A DNA stretch of 64,000 nt from the human T2T-CHM13v2.0 reference genome, Homo sapiens, in NCBI RefSeq assembly GCF_009914755.1, contig NC_060934.1; one strand, 5' to 3'. Below are positions 1 to 15,038 of this stretch, one piece after another. The notes beneath the pieces are model-generated. The model saw nothing but the letters and a program-made list of their open reading frames with translations, was not told where the DNA came from and did no database searches. The position numbers were made by a program, and so were the translations under genes. Every line of letters starts with the position of its first letter. Positions within the stretch are counted from its first letter, which is position 1.

Positions 1-784
1 AAATGCTGGTGGCAGGTCAAGGGCCTGGAAGAAAGATCACAGAGCTGGAGATGCCCAATTCTTTTCCCCATGGACCAACAACTTCTATCACTGATCCTGA
101 GTCATTGGAACTTTGCTCCTCACCTTTCTGCCAAAAAATACTGGAGGACTTAACTTTTATTCCTTTTATTCTTTTCCTCCTGAAATTTGCCCCATACCGA
201 GGTCCCAGTGTTGACGGGAGGTTTCCTGAGGCTGTAGAAGCGGACTGTGGAACACACAGATTAATGCCAAATAGGAATCTGGCTGTCCAGAGTGTGGGAG
301 GAGGACCTGTTGGCCCCAGTCAGAGAAATGTGAAGCTTCTATGAGTCTCCTCATCACAACTCAGTAAAGTACTCTTGGATTTTTCCACCTGACCTTGAGT
401 TTCTGTTATTCCCCTCTTCAAGGTTCAGCTACCTTCTTCAGGTCCGATTTGCTTCTTTTCTTTCTCTTGATTAGTGAATCTTAATCTAGCCTGAGGGTAA
501 AAGTCTCTCCATCAATGGTCCAAATATTTTGTTTATGACATAAATGCTGGAGGCTGAGATCTTCAAAACTCAGGCTTTTGAAATCCAGAAGCCTCTTAGT
601 TGCTTGTGTGTTGTGCAGGTTTCCTCAATGAAGCAATGCTGCTGCTGGCTGAGAAGGCAGGAAGGGGAAGGGGTGCAGATAAGGAGGGAGAGGACACCTC
701 AGACACCCTCCGATAGCCTTGACTGGATGGACAGCAGCCTTCTTAGGGCTTGGATGACCACGATGCCCCATAGGTGCTAGGATT

Positions 785-2350
785 GTTTTGAAAATTCTTG
801 TAATAAGACATGAAAAACAAATAAGAGACATAAATATTTAAGTAAAATTAATTGATGATTTGCAGGTGACATGATTACCTCAAAAATTTAAAGCAATCAA
901 TTTAAGGACTATTACCATTATACTTCAAAATGTAGAAGAGTGGCATAATAAAAGGTAGACAAAACTAAACAGATTTGTTTCGCTTTAATCACCATCGATA
1001 AGATGTGAAATACAAAAAAAAAAAGCTATTCAAAGTAATAGAAAACAAGATGAATATACCCAGTGGTTTTAGGCACTTCATTTTTTCCTGTCATCTACCA
1101 TATGACACACACAACATTATTCCTATTTTTCTAAAAAGAATCTTGAGTACCAAAAGAGACTTTGCTGCTAAGTTGCCATACTACTTCATCTTAGAATCAA
1201 TAGAGCAACAGAATATAATAAATACATAGATTCTAAAAAAAACCTCTGTATAATGAAACATAATAAAATTGAGAGAAAAAGGACTACTTACTAGAAAATG
1301 TTTATATCAAATAAGACAGTTACAAAAAAAAGATAAAGTGCTTAAAGAGCTTATGCAAATGCACAAGCACTCACAAAAACACAATCGTTTACTGTGTAAA
1401 GAATGTGAACAAACAAAAGTGCATCTATAATTAGCAAATAAATGATTGGAAAGTGCCCATTATTTTTAGTGTTCAAAAAATGGCTAATGTAAAAGACCTG
1501 TGGAAATCATTTTGCAGCTATTAAAGAAGCACAATGAAAACTTATGATAACAGAACTTGAAGTTGGCCAGTTTATGGTCCTGCTTGCAAGATTATTCACT
1601 GATGGTGGTGTTTGAGGTGGAAAGAATTCTTTTGAACAGTGTTGTAGGAATATTTAGAATGAGCCATAAAGGTAATTATATTTCTTGACCCAACCATTTC
1701 AGACCCTATGAATTTATCCTAAGGAAATATTTTCCAGGAAAAAAACTCCATTTTTGCACAGATGATAGGTTTGCTGCAGCAGAGAGAGGGGTGTGGTGGT
1801 TTAGTGCCTACACTGAGGAGTCCATGCTCTTGGACTCATAAGTCTCTCACTCAACTACTTGGTGACTTCCAGAAGTAATGTGACTTCTCTGTATCTCAGC
1901 TTCTTCATGGCAATAAGAATGATGAAGCCTAAATAGTGGGTTGTTGTGATGATTAAATGAATTCACAAATATAGAGTATCTAGAAAATGTCTGGTGTATT
2001 GTAACCGTTCTATTAGTTAATATAAACTATGATCATGGGAAACATTTTAAAAAAGGAATCAATTACCTCACACTAAGAGGATTGTTTAACATTTATATTG
2101 CCCTGACATGATGCTATTTATAAAACCACTAAGAAGGTATTTTGAGGACTTTACAATGGGAAAACGAATTTATAATAGAATATTCAGTAAAATAAAGGAC
2201 TAAAAATGCTGAAGTTACTATGATCACAACCATGCAAAATATGTATAAAGGAGGAAAGACGAAAATTGTTCTGTAGGAGTAATTTGTTGGATTGAGGGTT
2301 TGTGGAGCATTTTTCTTCCATCTTATTTTGCTGTTTTTAATTAAAAATAA
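785..2350 (+). mobile_element. Ancient L1ME-type ORF2/3' fragments, interrupted by MIR
   Basis: tttgcaggtgacatgatt resembles the L1 RT FADDMI motif; cttgacccaaccatttc...gaatttatcctaaggaaata resembles the L1M ORF2 end; A-rich. Confidence 0.55.
1780..2030 (+). mobile_element. MIR SINE
   Basis: core ctctgtatctcagcttcttcat...gggttgttgtgatgattaaatga. Confidence 0.7.
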
Positions 2351-2376
2351 AAAAACCCAATACCATTCCTAAACTA

Positions 2377-4091
<1,715 letters not shown>

Positions 4092-4434
4092 TAATTTCTT
4101 TTAAACACCACCTTTTGCTTTGACTGCTCTAGAGCACAAAATCATGCACAGCTGGAATGAGGCTGTTTGGGAAGCCTCAGTGGGGTACAGAAGACACGCA
4201 AGGTGTTGACAGCTGCAGCAAGCAGCAGCAGTGGGAGCTGCACACTTAGCTGCACTGGAAGCTTGAGCCCTTTCAGTAGCTCTTGCTCAGCTTTCCTGAC
4301 CCTATACTCTGCTATGGGGAGACAAGTGGAGATCCCCTCTGACCAGATCACCTTCTGCTGCCTGTCACTCAAAATGAGATTCTTTATGTTGCTTTTTTTC
4401 TTTCTTTTTTCCTTTTTATTAATGTCTGTGATGT

Positions 4435-4640
4435 ATTTTTTCCTAAAAATAGTTTTATTGAGATATGATTGACATACAAAAGCTGCCCATATTTAATGTA
4501 GGCAATTTGATGAGTTTAGCCATGTGCATAGATCCATCCATAAAGCCATAACCAAAATCAAGGTAATAAACATATCCATCAATTTCAAAACTTTCCTCTT
4601 GCCCCTTTGTTTTGTTTCTGTTTGTTTTGTTGTGGTAAAA
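4435..4640 (-). mobile_element. L1MA10/L1MB1-like 3' end
   Basis: agttttattgagatatgattgacatac...caaggtaataaacatatccatc...ttgtggtaa. Confidence 0.85.
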
Positions 4641-4641
4641 A

Positions 4642-4779
4642 TGAGAGGGAGAAATGGGGACTTGTTCAATAAATATACAAATTCAGTTATGCAAGATAAA
4701 TAAGTCTAGAGATCTGCTGTACAACATAATGCTGAGTTAATAATACTGTATTGCACACTCAAATACTTGTTAAAAGAGA
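4642..4779 (+). mobile_element. Inverted upstream segment of the same L1MA10/L1MB1-like 3'UTR
   Basis: gggagaaatgggga...cagttatgcaagataaataagtctagagatctgctgtacaacata...ttgttaaaagag. Confidence 0.85.
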
Positions 4780-5039
4780 AATTATTTGATTTTTATTAAA
4801 AAGGTTTTAAGGGCCTTGGGAAACCTTGGAAGTTTAGAGTCAAATATCTGAAAGTCCCTTCCTGAGGAAGAGGTGGGGAATGATGATTGGGTTGCTGCAA
4901 ATTTGGCCTGGCCTTGTCTTTGGAGAGGTGAGCTGACACCATATTGAAGTCTGAGACTGGGGGACTAGTTTATAAGAATAATTAAAGATTCTCTGTAATT
5001 GGTATCAACATGCTGGTCTTAGATCAGTAATGATCAAGT

Positions 5040-5200
5040 GCTGCTCCGTTACTTAGCTGTGTGCCTGGGCAAGTTACTTTCCTCATGTAAGAATTGAGGT
5101 AATAAATGTGCCTTACTGTATGGATTTTGTAAAACTAAAAGAAATAATAAAAATATTGTCAGTACCTGGCATACATATAGTAAGTATTCGATATATTTCC
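5040..5200 (+). mobile_element. MIR SINE
   Basis: acttagctgtgtgcctgggcaagttac...cagtacctggcatacatatagtaag. Confidence 0.75.
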
Positions 5201-5202
5201 TA

Positions 5203-5508
<306 letters not shown>

Positions 5509-5967
5509 TGTTTCCTGCTTCTGATGTAAGCAGTCTTCAGTGAGGTTAGGCAGGCAGGAGCAGGGTAGAAAGGAGGAAGTGGAGGAGGGCAGGCAACTGT
5601 TCAGGACAAGGTGCACATGAGCTAGATTGTTAATTTCAATAGTCTTCATGGATCAAACTGTCTTATTATCTTCTGCAGTTAAGCATCTTGACAAAAGCAG
5701 TTATTTCTTCCCCAGCTCCTCCCTTTTGATGACATTCGTGGCTGTTAACTCATTAATTTATGCAGTGTCACCAATTCTCAGAAAAGGATGATTTCCATTG
5801 AGGCTAATGAGGTGACACCCAATGAACAAGGCTGATGTGTAAAGGAGACTCAGCTGTTGGTAAGCAGCTCCATGTGTCTCTTGCAATTCCAGATGAAGCT
5901 ACTGCCAGTGAGGCCAGAGGCCTTGGTCCTATTGAGTATCAGAATGTATCCTTCACAAATCGGGAAG

Positions 5968-5999
5968 TCTCCTCCATGAGAGACATAGTACCCAGAAGG
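5968..5999 (+). repeat. 32-bp perfect direct repeat, copy A
   Basis: tctcctccatgagagacatagtacccagaagg, identical to 8419-8450. Confidence 0.97.
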
Positions 6000-6403
6000 C
6001 TGGGGTCACCTTTGGCCAGACTTGGGTAGCTTATTAATCTTCCATAGCATTGATGTTTGCTAAAATGCTTGGCTGACGATTAAAAGATCAACCTAAAAGC
6101 ATTACAATGTGGTTTCCAATCTTGGAGTTCCTAGGTCATAGGCTAAAACTGGTAATCAGTTGAATGCTGTTGAACAAGATGGATAAGGAAAAGAAAATAT
6201 TTGAAAAGTATGCAGAACCAGAACCTTTTGGTGAGACCAGACTGTGTGCATAAATATCAAATTAGGGCTAGTCTGCAGGTCAGGCCACTTCTTTTATCAC
6301 CAAGATGACCTGCATCACTGCAAACATGATGCAGTGGGGGGCCTGTGTTTATTGCTTGCTGTGTTAACAGCAAGATTTGTGTCTCCGGCAAGACTAATTT
6401 AAT

Positions 6404-6735
6404 TGGTTCATTTACTCATTTCACAAATATTTGAGCGCCAAGTATGAGTCAGGCACTATTCTAGGCTCTGGGAAATCAGTGATGACAAGGACCAGTCCGT
6501 GTGCTCAGGAAGAGAGCATCATGTTGGAAGAAATGGACAATTAATAGGTTGATAGGTACATATGCAATGTAATTTCAGGTGCATAAGACTACAAGGAAAA
6601 ATAAAGCAAGACTAAATGGAAGGTGACAGGGAGTGAAAGAGCTATTTCAGAAGAAGCATTTGGGGAACTCTCTAAGGGGATTATACTTGGGCAAAGGGCT
6701 AAATGAAGTGAAGAAGTAAAATACAAGACCTGGGG
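6404..6735 (-). mobile_element. L2 3' end
   Basis: ttcatttactcatttcacaaatatttgagcgcc...aggcactattctaggctctggg. Confidence 0.8.
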
Positions 6736-6744
6736 GAATTGCAA

Positions 6745-7043
6745 CAAGAAATGCTGTTGGCTCTACCTCCCAATTATATACAGAATATACACACTTCTCC
6801 CAACCTTCATGGCCAAATCTCTGACCCCATTAGCATTAATTCCTTATTGTGGGTCACCCAATGGCCTCCAGACCAATATCCTTGCTTTACTCTCTCTTCC
6901 CTCCCATCACACACAGTCTATTCTTAACACAATGTCCAGAACACATCTTTAAAATTCTGTCATTTAATGCCATTTTGGTGCTAAAAATCCTGAATGGCTC
7001 CCTATTTTGTTCAGCATCAAATTTCAAGTTCTTACCATGGCCT
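6745..7043 (+). mobile_element. L2a fragment
   Basis: aaatgctgttggctctacctcc...cagtctattctt...aagttcttaccatggcct. Confidence 0.8.
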
Positions 7044-7339
7044 AGGAGGACTGATGAGCTCTAGTTATTTCCTGTGGATCTGTGAACAGGATGAGTGCTG
7101 TGTGCAATATAGGGATGAACACTTGTTCCCCATTGCCATCCTAAACCCTGGAGGAACAAAGGTTTCTGCTGCTTCCATTTCCAGCTTTCTAGGCCTGTTG
7201 TTGACTCTGGACATACATGAGGAGGCTGGAAACAGTGGAGACTGTAATAAGAGTTTAGGAATAAGAGAGCTTCCTATCTCCCCGTCTCATTCCTGGAAAA
7301 CAATGAGAGGATTTGGTAAATGGCAAGGCATCAAACTTG

Positions 7340-7702
7340 GTATATTGGTTAGGGTGGGTAAAATGCACAGCCTCCAATTTTAATATTTTAAAACAATAAA
7401 AGTTTATCTGGGGTCCATGCAAAGTTTGGGGGTTGAGGGTGTTCATTCTACTAGAACTGAGATCCACTAGGACCCAGAGATTTTCTCTATCTGGTGGTTT
7501 AAAGAAGAAAGAGAGAAAACATGGAGGATGGCACAAAATATTTTGGAGCTTGGTCTGGAAGTGGTATAGATCACTTTCTACCTACATTCCACTGGCCAGA
7601 GCAGATCATATGCCCACCTCCTTACAAAAAGGCAGGAAAGTGTTGTTTCTTATGTGCCTAGGAAGGGGAAATTTTGGTGAAGATCTGGTCATGTTCTGCT
7701 AC
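7340..7702 (-). mobile_element. Old MaLR LTR (MLT1J/K-like)
   Basis: tctggaagtggtatagatcactttctacctacattccactggccagagc...ttctgctac. Confidence 0.65.
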
Positions 7703-7749
7703 CCCTGGAAGAGCTGGATCATGGAATGTGAGTTGGTCTAAATGTTGAA

Positions 7750-8090
7750 AATTTCAGGCAAAGGAAATGACATACAGGGCACAGTCCAGTACAGACACCA
7801 GAGAAGTCAAGGCATATTTCGGGACTTTACATGTCTTTTTTGACTTGAGAGAAGGGTATTAGTGGGGAGAATGTTATGAGTTAACACCTGAGAGAAAGGC
7901 TGCGGTCAGACTCTGTGGTGCCCTCTGTGCCATGCGAAAGTGTTTGGGCTTTGCTCTGTAGTAAAGAGGAAGAGGCCATCAAAAGACTTTAAATAAAGGA
8001 TTTTCATGTTTAGAGTGATATTTTGGAAAGTCATTCTAAAATGGAGGAAAAGACTAGAAGCAAGGACATCATCAGGAGGCTGCTACTTCT
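7750..8090 (-). mobile_element. L2 fragment
   Basis: tgccatgcgaaagtgtttgggctttgctctgta...gactagaagcaagg...aggaggctgct. Confidence 0.65.
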
Positions 8091-8112
8091 AGTATTCCCT
8101 ATCTCAGAGATT

Positions 8113-8328
8113 CTCAAACTTGACTCACACATAAGCTATGTTTTCCAACTTTACACAGCACTGATATATTTATGTATAGATATATACATATCGCATATGC
8201 ACATATATAAAACAGTTCATGATAGTTTGTATTATAATATATTTTATTTTTTTAAATGATGGCTGCCACACATTAAATTGAATTCTCTACCCTCTAATGG
8301 ATTGTAAACTGCACTGTGAAAACTACTG
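8113..8328. mobile_element. hAT-Charlie MITE remnant
   Basis: cagagattctcaaact ... gcactgtgaaaactactg TIR-like ends. Confidence 0.5.
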
Positions 8329-8418
8329 CCCTATTTTATTAAAAGACAGCACCCTGCAGACAGTCTCCAGGCCCAAATCTGGGCATCATGTGAGGCACCC
8401 CAGTCATCCTTACATGTC

Positions 8419-8450
8419 TCTCCTCCATGAGAGACATAGTACCCAGAAGG
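8419..8450 (+). repeat. 32-bp perfect direct repeat, copy B
   Basis: identical to 5968-5999; overlaps hairpin atgtctctc-ctccat-gagagacat. Confidence 0.97.
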
Positions 8451-8537
8451 TACCCCCCACAGCCCATTGGTCACATTACTTCTGGTCTATTTCTCAAGTT
8501 TCCCTCACCTAATTTTTGCTGTCATCACTGTTTAGAT

Positions 8538-8876
8538 GGGTGGCTTGCAACGCGTGGTCTAGGGATTCCTCAGGCTCTGCAAGACCATCTTATGAGGTAC
8601 AAAGGGTCAAGAATATGTTCACATTTTTATAGTCACACTGCCATTTTCGTTTTCACTCTTATTCTTTCACAGCTGTACAGTGGGGTTTTCTAGAATGATG
8701 AGTGATGGCATCAATTGCTCTGATGGCAAATGAAATGGATGCTTGTGTAGTTGTGTGTTTTCATTTTCTTTTAGTTTTAATGCTCAATATGTTAAATATT
8801 GATAGATGTAATTAAAACCTTGATATTTTTAAGAGTGCAGTGGGGTCCTGAGACCAAGGAGCTCAAGAGCCCCTGT
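8538..8876. mobile_element. hAT-Charlie (Charlie1/MER119-like) deletion derivative
   Basis: ttttcactcttattctttcacagctgtacagtggggttttctaga; end ttttaagagtgcagtggggtcctgagaccaa. Confidence 0.7.
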
Positions 8877-9179
8877 TTTGCACTTTCATGATTGTGAATT
8901 CTCATTATCACCATGAATGCCTGGATGTGATTTTGTGGCCTGCGGTGCCTCTGAACAAACACTCATAGTCGATTATCTGGCCCTCCACCTCAGCAGTAGG
9001 ATTTCCTTTTCTGATTACTCAGAAGAATGTCTGCCTTGTGATTTCTTGAGCGCTATTGCCAACTCTGTCCTTGATCCTCGGCCTCTTCATTGACTTTAGA
9101 ACATTAGGATTCTGCTTTTATACTCTAAAGGTTGGAGGGTCCTATGCTGAGACCCCTAAGTTACTCTGTCAGAACTCAT

Positions 9180-9705
9180 GCATTTGTTATCTCATCTAAT
9201 TCCAAGGCTGTGAACACTATCTACAGTCTGACCACCCAGACATTTTTTTTCTCTAATTCCGACCCTGCTTATGAACTCCAGACTTGAATGTTGTTGTACA
9301 CATATGCCTGCTGCTCACCTCTATATAGATACTTAAAATACAACTCAAAATTATTTTTCCCATAACTGAATTCCTAATTTCTTCTATAGCTCCTTCTCTC
9401 CCAACTTCCTCACATCAACAAAAAGCAATTACATTATTTAAGATACTCAGGCCAAACTCCTTGGCTTCCTCATCAGCTCATCTCTTTGCTAATATATCCA
9501 GTTCACTAATAAATTATGTTGACTGTATTATCCATGGGACAGCATTTCCCATAGATTTTCCTTAACTTTGCTACTCCTACCTTAGATGTAACCACCATCA
9601 TCTTTTGTCTGAACTTTTACTATGGCCTGCTGATGGATTTTCTAGCTTCTATCCTTGCTCCTTGATATTCAAATCTCCATGCAGCTGAGAGGCCTCTTTA
9701 TAGAA
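9180..9705 (+). mobile_element. L2 fragment
   Basis: tgaactccagact...actcaggccaaactccttgg...accaccatcatcttttgtctgaac. Confidence 0.75.
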
Positions 9706-10744
9706 TCCTCTAAAAAAAGAAACCCATTTTCAGTGGTCTATGTTTCCAGAGCCACTTCCACTTTCCTTTGAGGGGCCCAGACTTCGAGGCTCTGTGTGGG
9801 AGAGATTTACCCTCATGTCCAGATAAGGTTAGTCCCTGTTACTTCTCTAGGAAACTAATCTCAACCAGACCAAAACTTTCTTATTAAGACCACACTCTAG
9901 GGATGATACACATATTAGAGGGATCCAGACACCAAAGCTGTCAAAGTCTACCAACAAAACTTAACTACACACAATACACAATACTACCTATTTTAGACTT
10001 CAGAATAACCTTGGAAAGTTAGACCAATCATGCCTGGTAGGCAGTTTCATGGTAAAGGTGTTAGGCTCTCTGGACTGAGGATTGGGGTCAAGACTCAAAG
10101 CAAGGCACAGAATTCTAGAATAGAGGTCTCTGGTCCACCTTGAGCTCATCCATATGCTCTGTCACCCAAAGTTCCCTCCCTCACCTGACACAGAGCCAAG
10201 AGCACTCTCTAGTCTTGTTTTTTTCTGAGGCTGAGATAGAACAAGTGGTTCCCAGTATCTGGGGACATGCCCAATTAAATTAAGAGGTAGGCAGGAAGTC
10301 ACATGTTAATGAGTGAGTCAGAACTTATTACTAGGGACACAGAAACAGGATTCATCTAAGAAGAAAGAAAAAGAAAAAGATCAAGGCATGTCAATGACTC
10401 CATATGGCGTGAGTGACCAAGTAGAAAACTGAGATAAGATCTCAGACAGGGAGGAGAGAGGTGTAAGACAAGGACCCAGGTGAACAGGAAAAAATGGGGT
10501 ACATGTCTGAAAACAGTGGTTTAGGCACAGACTCAGATACAGGCAACATCCAGGCTGACTTGATAGTGAAACCCTTCAACCTGTTACTATTCCACTTGAT
10601 GAAGTTTTTAGGTTGTGGTTAGATGAGAGATAGGGCCTGTGGCTCCCAGCTTGCCTGTTTTAGATGTCAGTTTTGGGCAGGCAGACTAAAGGACAGGAGC
10701 CAAGAAAAAAAAATGCCTCGCTCATTATCTTGCTTTGTGCCGGT

Positions 10745-10953
10745 CCTGGTGTGCAGTGCTGCACAAGCATTTTCTCATCGATCCTTTAACAGCCTGTTAG
10801 AAAGAAATTATTATCCCTATTTTAAAGGTGAGGAAATTGTGATTTGGTGACATCAATCAAATGATTCAGAACCATACAGCTAGAGAACTGTAGAGTAAGG
10901 GTTTACATCTGGTGTTTCTGACGCCACAGTCCATGCCCTTAACCATGGCACTA
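10745..10953 (-). mobile_element. MIR SINE
   Basis: ttattatccctattttaaaggtgaggaaattg...cccttaaccat. Confidence 0.75.
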
Positions 10954-11524
10954 TCCTCTCAATTATGAGTCCTGGGGGTAGAGGACTATCCGCACCTAAG
11001 TAACTAAACAGTGTGTGGCTTGAGGGCAGGTACCAATTGCTTTCTTCTGTGTGTTATTAGCATCTGACACAGAACCTTGCAGGTGCTTGGTGAAAATGCA
11101 CCTAAAATGCACTAATCTCATTTTATCTTTCAAATAATCAAACACACATGAGTGTAATTTCAGCTTCCACTACTTTAAGAATGGGCACTAGAAGTGGGTC
11201 CCTCCAGTTTTATCAGTTAACTTTTACTTGATTGAACCTCAGCTTCCACTATTATCCTGTATCTTATGCTTTATAGACCTAAAACCATGAACCCCTTAGC
11301 CCTACAACTCAGAGGGACAGGCTCACTTTCTCTTCTTGAGAAACTGCCAGGCTTGTTTTTTACTATAACTGATATTTCCCTGAGTATCAAATTCCACTGT
11401 TGTGGTGCACATCCCTCTTCTAAAGGGATTTATTTCTTTCTCACCCAGAGGGATTTGAGGGTTCCTTGTTCTCTTTCCTGGAGGACTTTACACCACTTCC
11501 TCTTCCTAACTTGCCAAGCCTCTG

Positions 11525-11710
11525 TATGGTTATTCTCAAACTGGTTCCTGACTGAACAGCACCAGCACCACAAGGGAATATGTTAGACATGCAAATTATC
11601 AGCCCCCACCCAAGACCTATTGAATCAGAAGCTTGGGGGTGGAGCCAAATAGTCTGTTTTCACAAGCCCTCCAGGTAACTCTGATGCACATTAAGGTTAG
11701 AGATCCACTA
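11525..11710. mobile_element. MER5A (hAT-Charlie)
   Basis: tgttagacatgcaaattatcagcccccacccaagacctattgaatcagaa...caagccctccaggtaactctgatgcac. Confidence 0.88.
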
Positions 11711-14414
11711 TTTTCAGCCCTCAGAGAGCTCATTTTGCTATCTTGAGAACTTCACAATAAGAAAAGGGAGGCTGAGATTCAATTTTTGCATCAAAATCTC
11801 TTCTCACCAGTCATCACCACCCAGCAGAGTCAAATCGTTCAAACTTCCTGCAGATCTCAAGAATTTTCAAGCTGAGCCTCTGCCCTTGATGCTCTGTCAG
11901 CTTTGTGTTTCTTAGAGAAATGTATTCTTATCATTGTAGGTGAACTCTGATGCCTCTTTATTGTATTGACAGGTCCTTGATAGAGTATAAAGATAAGAAA
12001 CTAGATTTTGATGCAGGATGTGCAGAATTAGTTTAGGTGGTGGCAAGAGTAAAAGTAGATGCAGAGAAGTGAGGAGGAAAAATGGCCCAGATTGGGATGG
12101 AATTAGTTCCCTTGCTTAGGGATGGTGAAGTGAATGTACTTTCAAGGTCAGTGCAAGGCTGGTTTTGAGGTGGGTGGCTGCACCTCCCTAGGATGGAGAG
12201 AAGTAATGCTGTCATTTCTGGGGGCGTCTAGGCTACTGGAGTAGAGTGACCGTGGGTGGAGGATCATGATGAAGACCATTACTGACAAGGTACCTCAGGA
12301 AGGACAGCAAGGAGTCTGGACAGAGGTGGCTGCCCTAGGAAGATGAAGGCAGCAGCTGCAGGGGTGAAAGGAATAGAGAGGGCATTTGCAAAGAGAACAG
12401 CAGCACCTATGAGAAGAGAGGGCAAGGCTTGCTCTACTGCTTCTGCTGAAGGTTATATCAAAGAGCAATCACCAAGCCTGCAGCTTTGTGTTAAGTGTTC
12501 TGTTGGGGTCTGGTGTAACATAAGTGGGCAGGAGGGGTCTCTGTGGAGGAAAAAGGGGAGGTGCCAGGATCCTAGCAGGGGAAGGCCAGTGCTTGGAGAG
12601 ACACAATGGATATGTAAGTACTGCAGCAGGGAAAATAAATTGTTCATTCCATAAACAGGAATTCCATCCTCACCATTTTCCAGGCACTATGCCTTTCCAG
12701 GGCCTAGGGACCAAGAGTTATATTTCTAATTTTTCTTTGTAGTTCTAACTTGCCATTCTCTTTTTTCCCACTCTCTTCTGTTCTGTGGGTCATGTCTTGT
12801 TAGTGTCTGTAGATTGGTGTAGTCTAAGGTGCCTCGTGTCAAGCTGAGGTTTCCGTAGAAACAGATAGAGATTTTGCTTTCTGAGTCTTGCAGGGAGTAT
12901 TTCTGGCAATTTGTAAGAAATGGCAGAGTGTTCTTTGGGCAAGGTACTTGCACTCCTTGGAGGAGAAACAAAATAAACAGCACGTTATCCGAGAGCAGAG
13001 ATGTTATGTTTTATTTTTCTGTTTTTTCCTTTCCCACTGTGTCTGGCTCTGCAAATCCACCTATGAGTACTTTCTGAGCATCTCCAAGTGAGATGTGTTC
13101 TACTCCAGTTTTTCCCCACCCAACGCTGGTGCTATCTCGCCTCCTCCAGATATAGTCCAGAGGGTGTCTAAGAGGAGAGAGGAAGGAGAGGTGGGAAGAA
13201 AAGATCGCCATTGAGGGCATTTGTTGCAACAAATTGAGAGAGTGAGGGATGATGGTTTCAGAGAAGCCCTATTGATTATGCTCTTGAAAATTTTGGTAGT
13301 TTGGGGTCAAAGTTATGCTATGTATGCTAGAAAACCTTGTGGAAATTTGATGTTTGATAAAAATATCCAGGCAATGGTAATGATTATGATCTTAAAATGG
13401 AGTTTAGAGGCAAAGGCAAGATCAAAAGGTAATCAATCTAAATTCCATAATGACCATGTCAGAAAGGCTTAAAGAGTGGATAGAAATTAGAATAGGGACC
13501 AGTAGTAGCGTTATGAGAATGGGTTAATAGGACCAAGTCTGAAGTCAGCAGATATTCCAAACTACTTTGGCCTTCATACTCAACCGCTTTGTCTCTGTGG
13601 ACGGCCCTTGAATAGCCCACAGTCTGTTCTCTATGGATTGTGACACTTAGTGAGTGATAATCTACAGCCTATGTTGTTTTAGAACACACTTATAGTTTCC
13701 ACTTGTGATACAAGCAGAGCTAGATAGTTAGTGCTGGGCTCCTTTCCCATTCCTTTACTTAATGTGTGGGGTTTATGTAAGTTTACTGTTCATTTAAATC
13801 TCTAATGTGTGGCTGCTGGATGTGATGAAGGACCTATCTGGATCCAAGCAATATTCTTGGCAAGAATACTCAGATGCATCAGGAATCCATCAGTGGATTG
13901 TTTTCCTAGAAGTGATGGGTGACTTCTGTAGGTGACATGAGAACCCCCAGGAGGTTGTGATCATTACTCAAGATCCCTTAAGGACCAATGTCTCTCAATC
14001 AGTGGCAAGGGTTAATTTTTTTGGCTCACTCCATCCATCTCATTAGATAATGACCCTGCTCCATATTGTGGGATGTGTATCATTTTGGGGATGAGAGGAA
14101 GAGATTTTAAAAGATGATGCTATGTGGAGAAGTAGGTCAATTATCATAAACTTTATGGAAATGGTGACTTACATCCAGGCTTGAGATGTTACCTTGCCTA
14201 CAGCTGTGTTTCCAGAGGGTACCACATGATTAATTAAACCACTCAAGAATGTGAGGACCAAATTGTTCTTCATCTTCTTTAGGTTATCCTAGTGACTCCT
14301 GGAGCCACAGCTAGTACAGAGTCCTCAAAGTATTGATGAAACAATAAAAATATGACTTTTAAGAAAGGAGAGATAACTTCATTTGCACAGTATTTCCCCC
14401 AAGAGAATGGTGAG

Positions 14415-14926
14415 TGTGGTGGTGTTGAAACAGGGCTGCATGTTCTATGACAATCTTCTTACAAAGGTATGAAAATGAACAATCCTCTTGAATCTGGATG
14501 GGTTTGCGAGTGCTTCAACCAAGAGAACTTGGCAGAAGAGATGCTATGTGACTTCTGAGGCTAGGTTATGAAGGCCATGAGCTTCTGCCTCATTTTCTGG
14601 CATACTCACCCTTGGAATCCCGTTACTGTGGAATAAAGCTAACTACACTTAGGCTGCTGTGATGGATAGGTCCCATGTAGGTACTCTGAGCCAAACTTCT
14701 AGACCTGTAAGTGAATGAGACTTTCAGATGAGACGACTTGAATCAACTCCACCCATTCAAGTTTTCACATCTGGGGCTGCAGTCATTGTGGAGTGGATAT
14801 AATCCATCCCTGCTCTACCTGATCCAAATTTTTGACCTATGGAATATGAGATCATAATAAAATATTTACTGTTTTATGCCGCTAAACTGTAGGGTGGCTT
14901 GTGTTCAGCAGTAGATTATTAGAATG
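14415..14926 (+). mobile_element. MaLR solo LTR (MLT1G/H-like)
   Basis: tgtggtgg start; ggcagaagagatgctatgtgacttctgaggctagg; near-TSD gtgag/gtggg. Confidence 0.8.
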
Positions 14927-15038
14927 GTGGGTAAAGCTGGAATTTGCACAACATCGGTAGCTACACATTGTACACTTCTTGTTCTACATTTGTAGAATTT
15001 GTCAAAGAAAGGTATTTCTAGTTACTAGGGATGGGAGT

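Noticed and set aside
3-344. 113-aa ORF and other non-TE ORFs (e.g. 4167..4472, 6994..7383, 17598..18041, 63304..63615)
   Set aside because: No recognisable domain or coherent exon structure; lengths expected by chance
5968-8450. The 32-bp hairpin repeat as a CRISPR-like array
   Set aside because: Only two copies 2.4 kb apart, no spacers or cas genes, primate DNA
12000-13520. Purine-rich blocks as internal L2 sequence
   Set aside because: Composition is suggestive but I could not anchor a diagnostic motif
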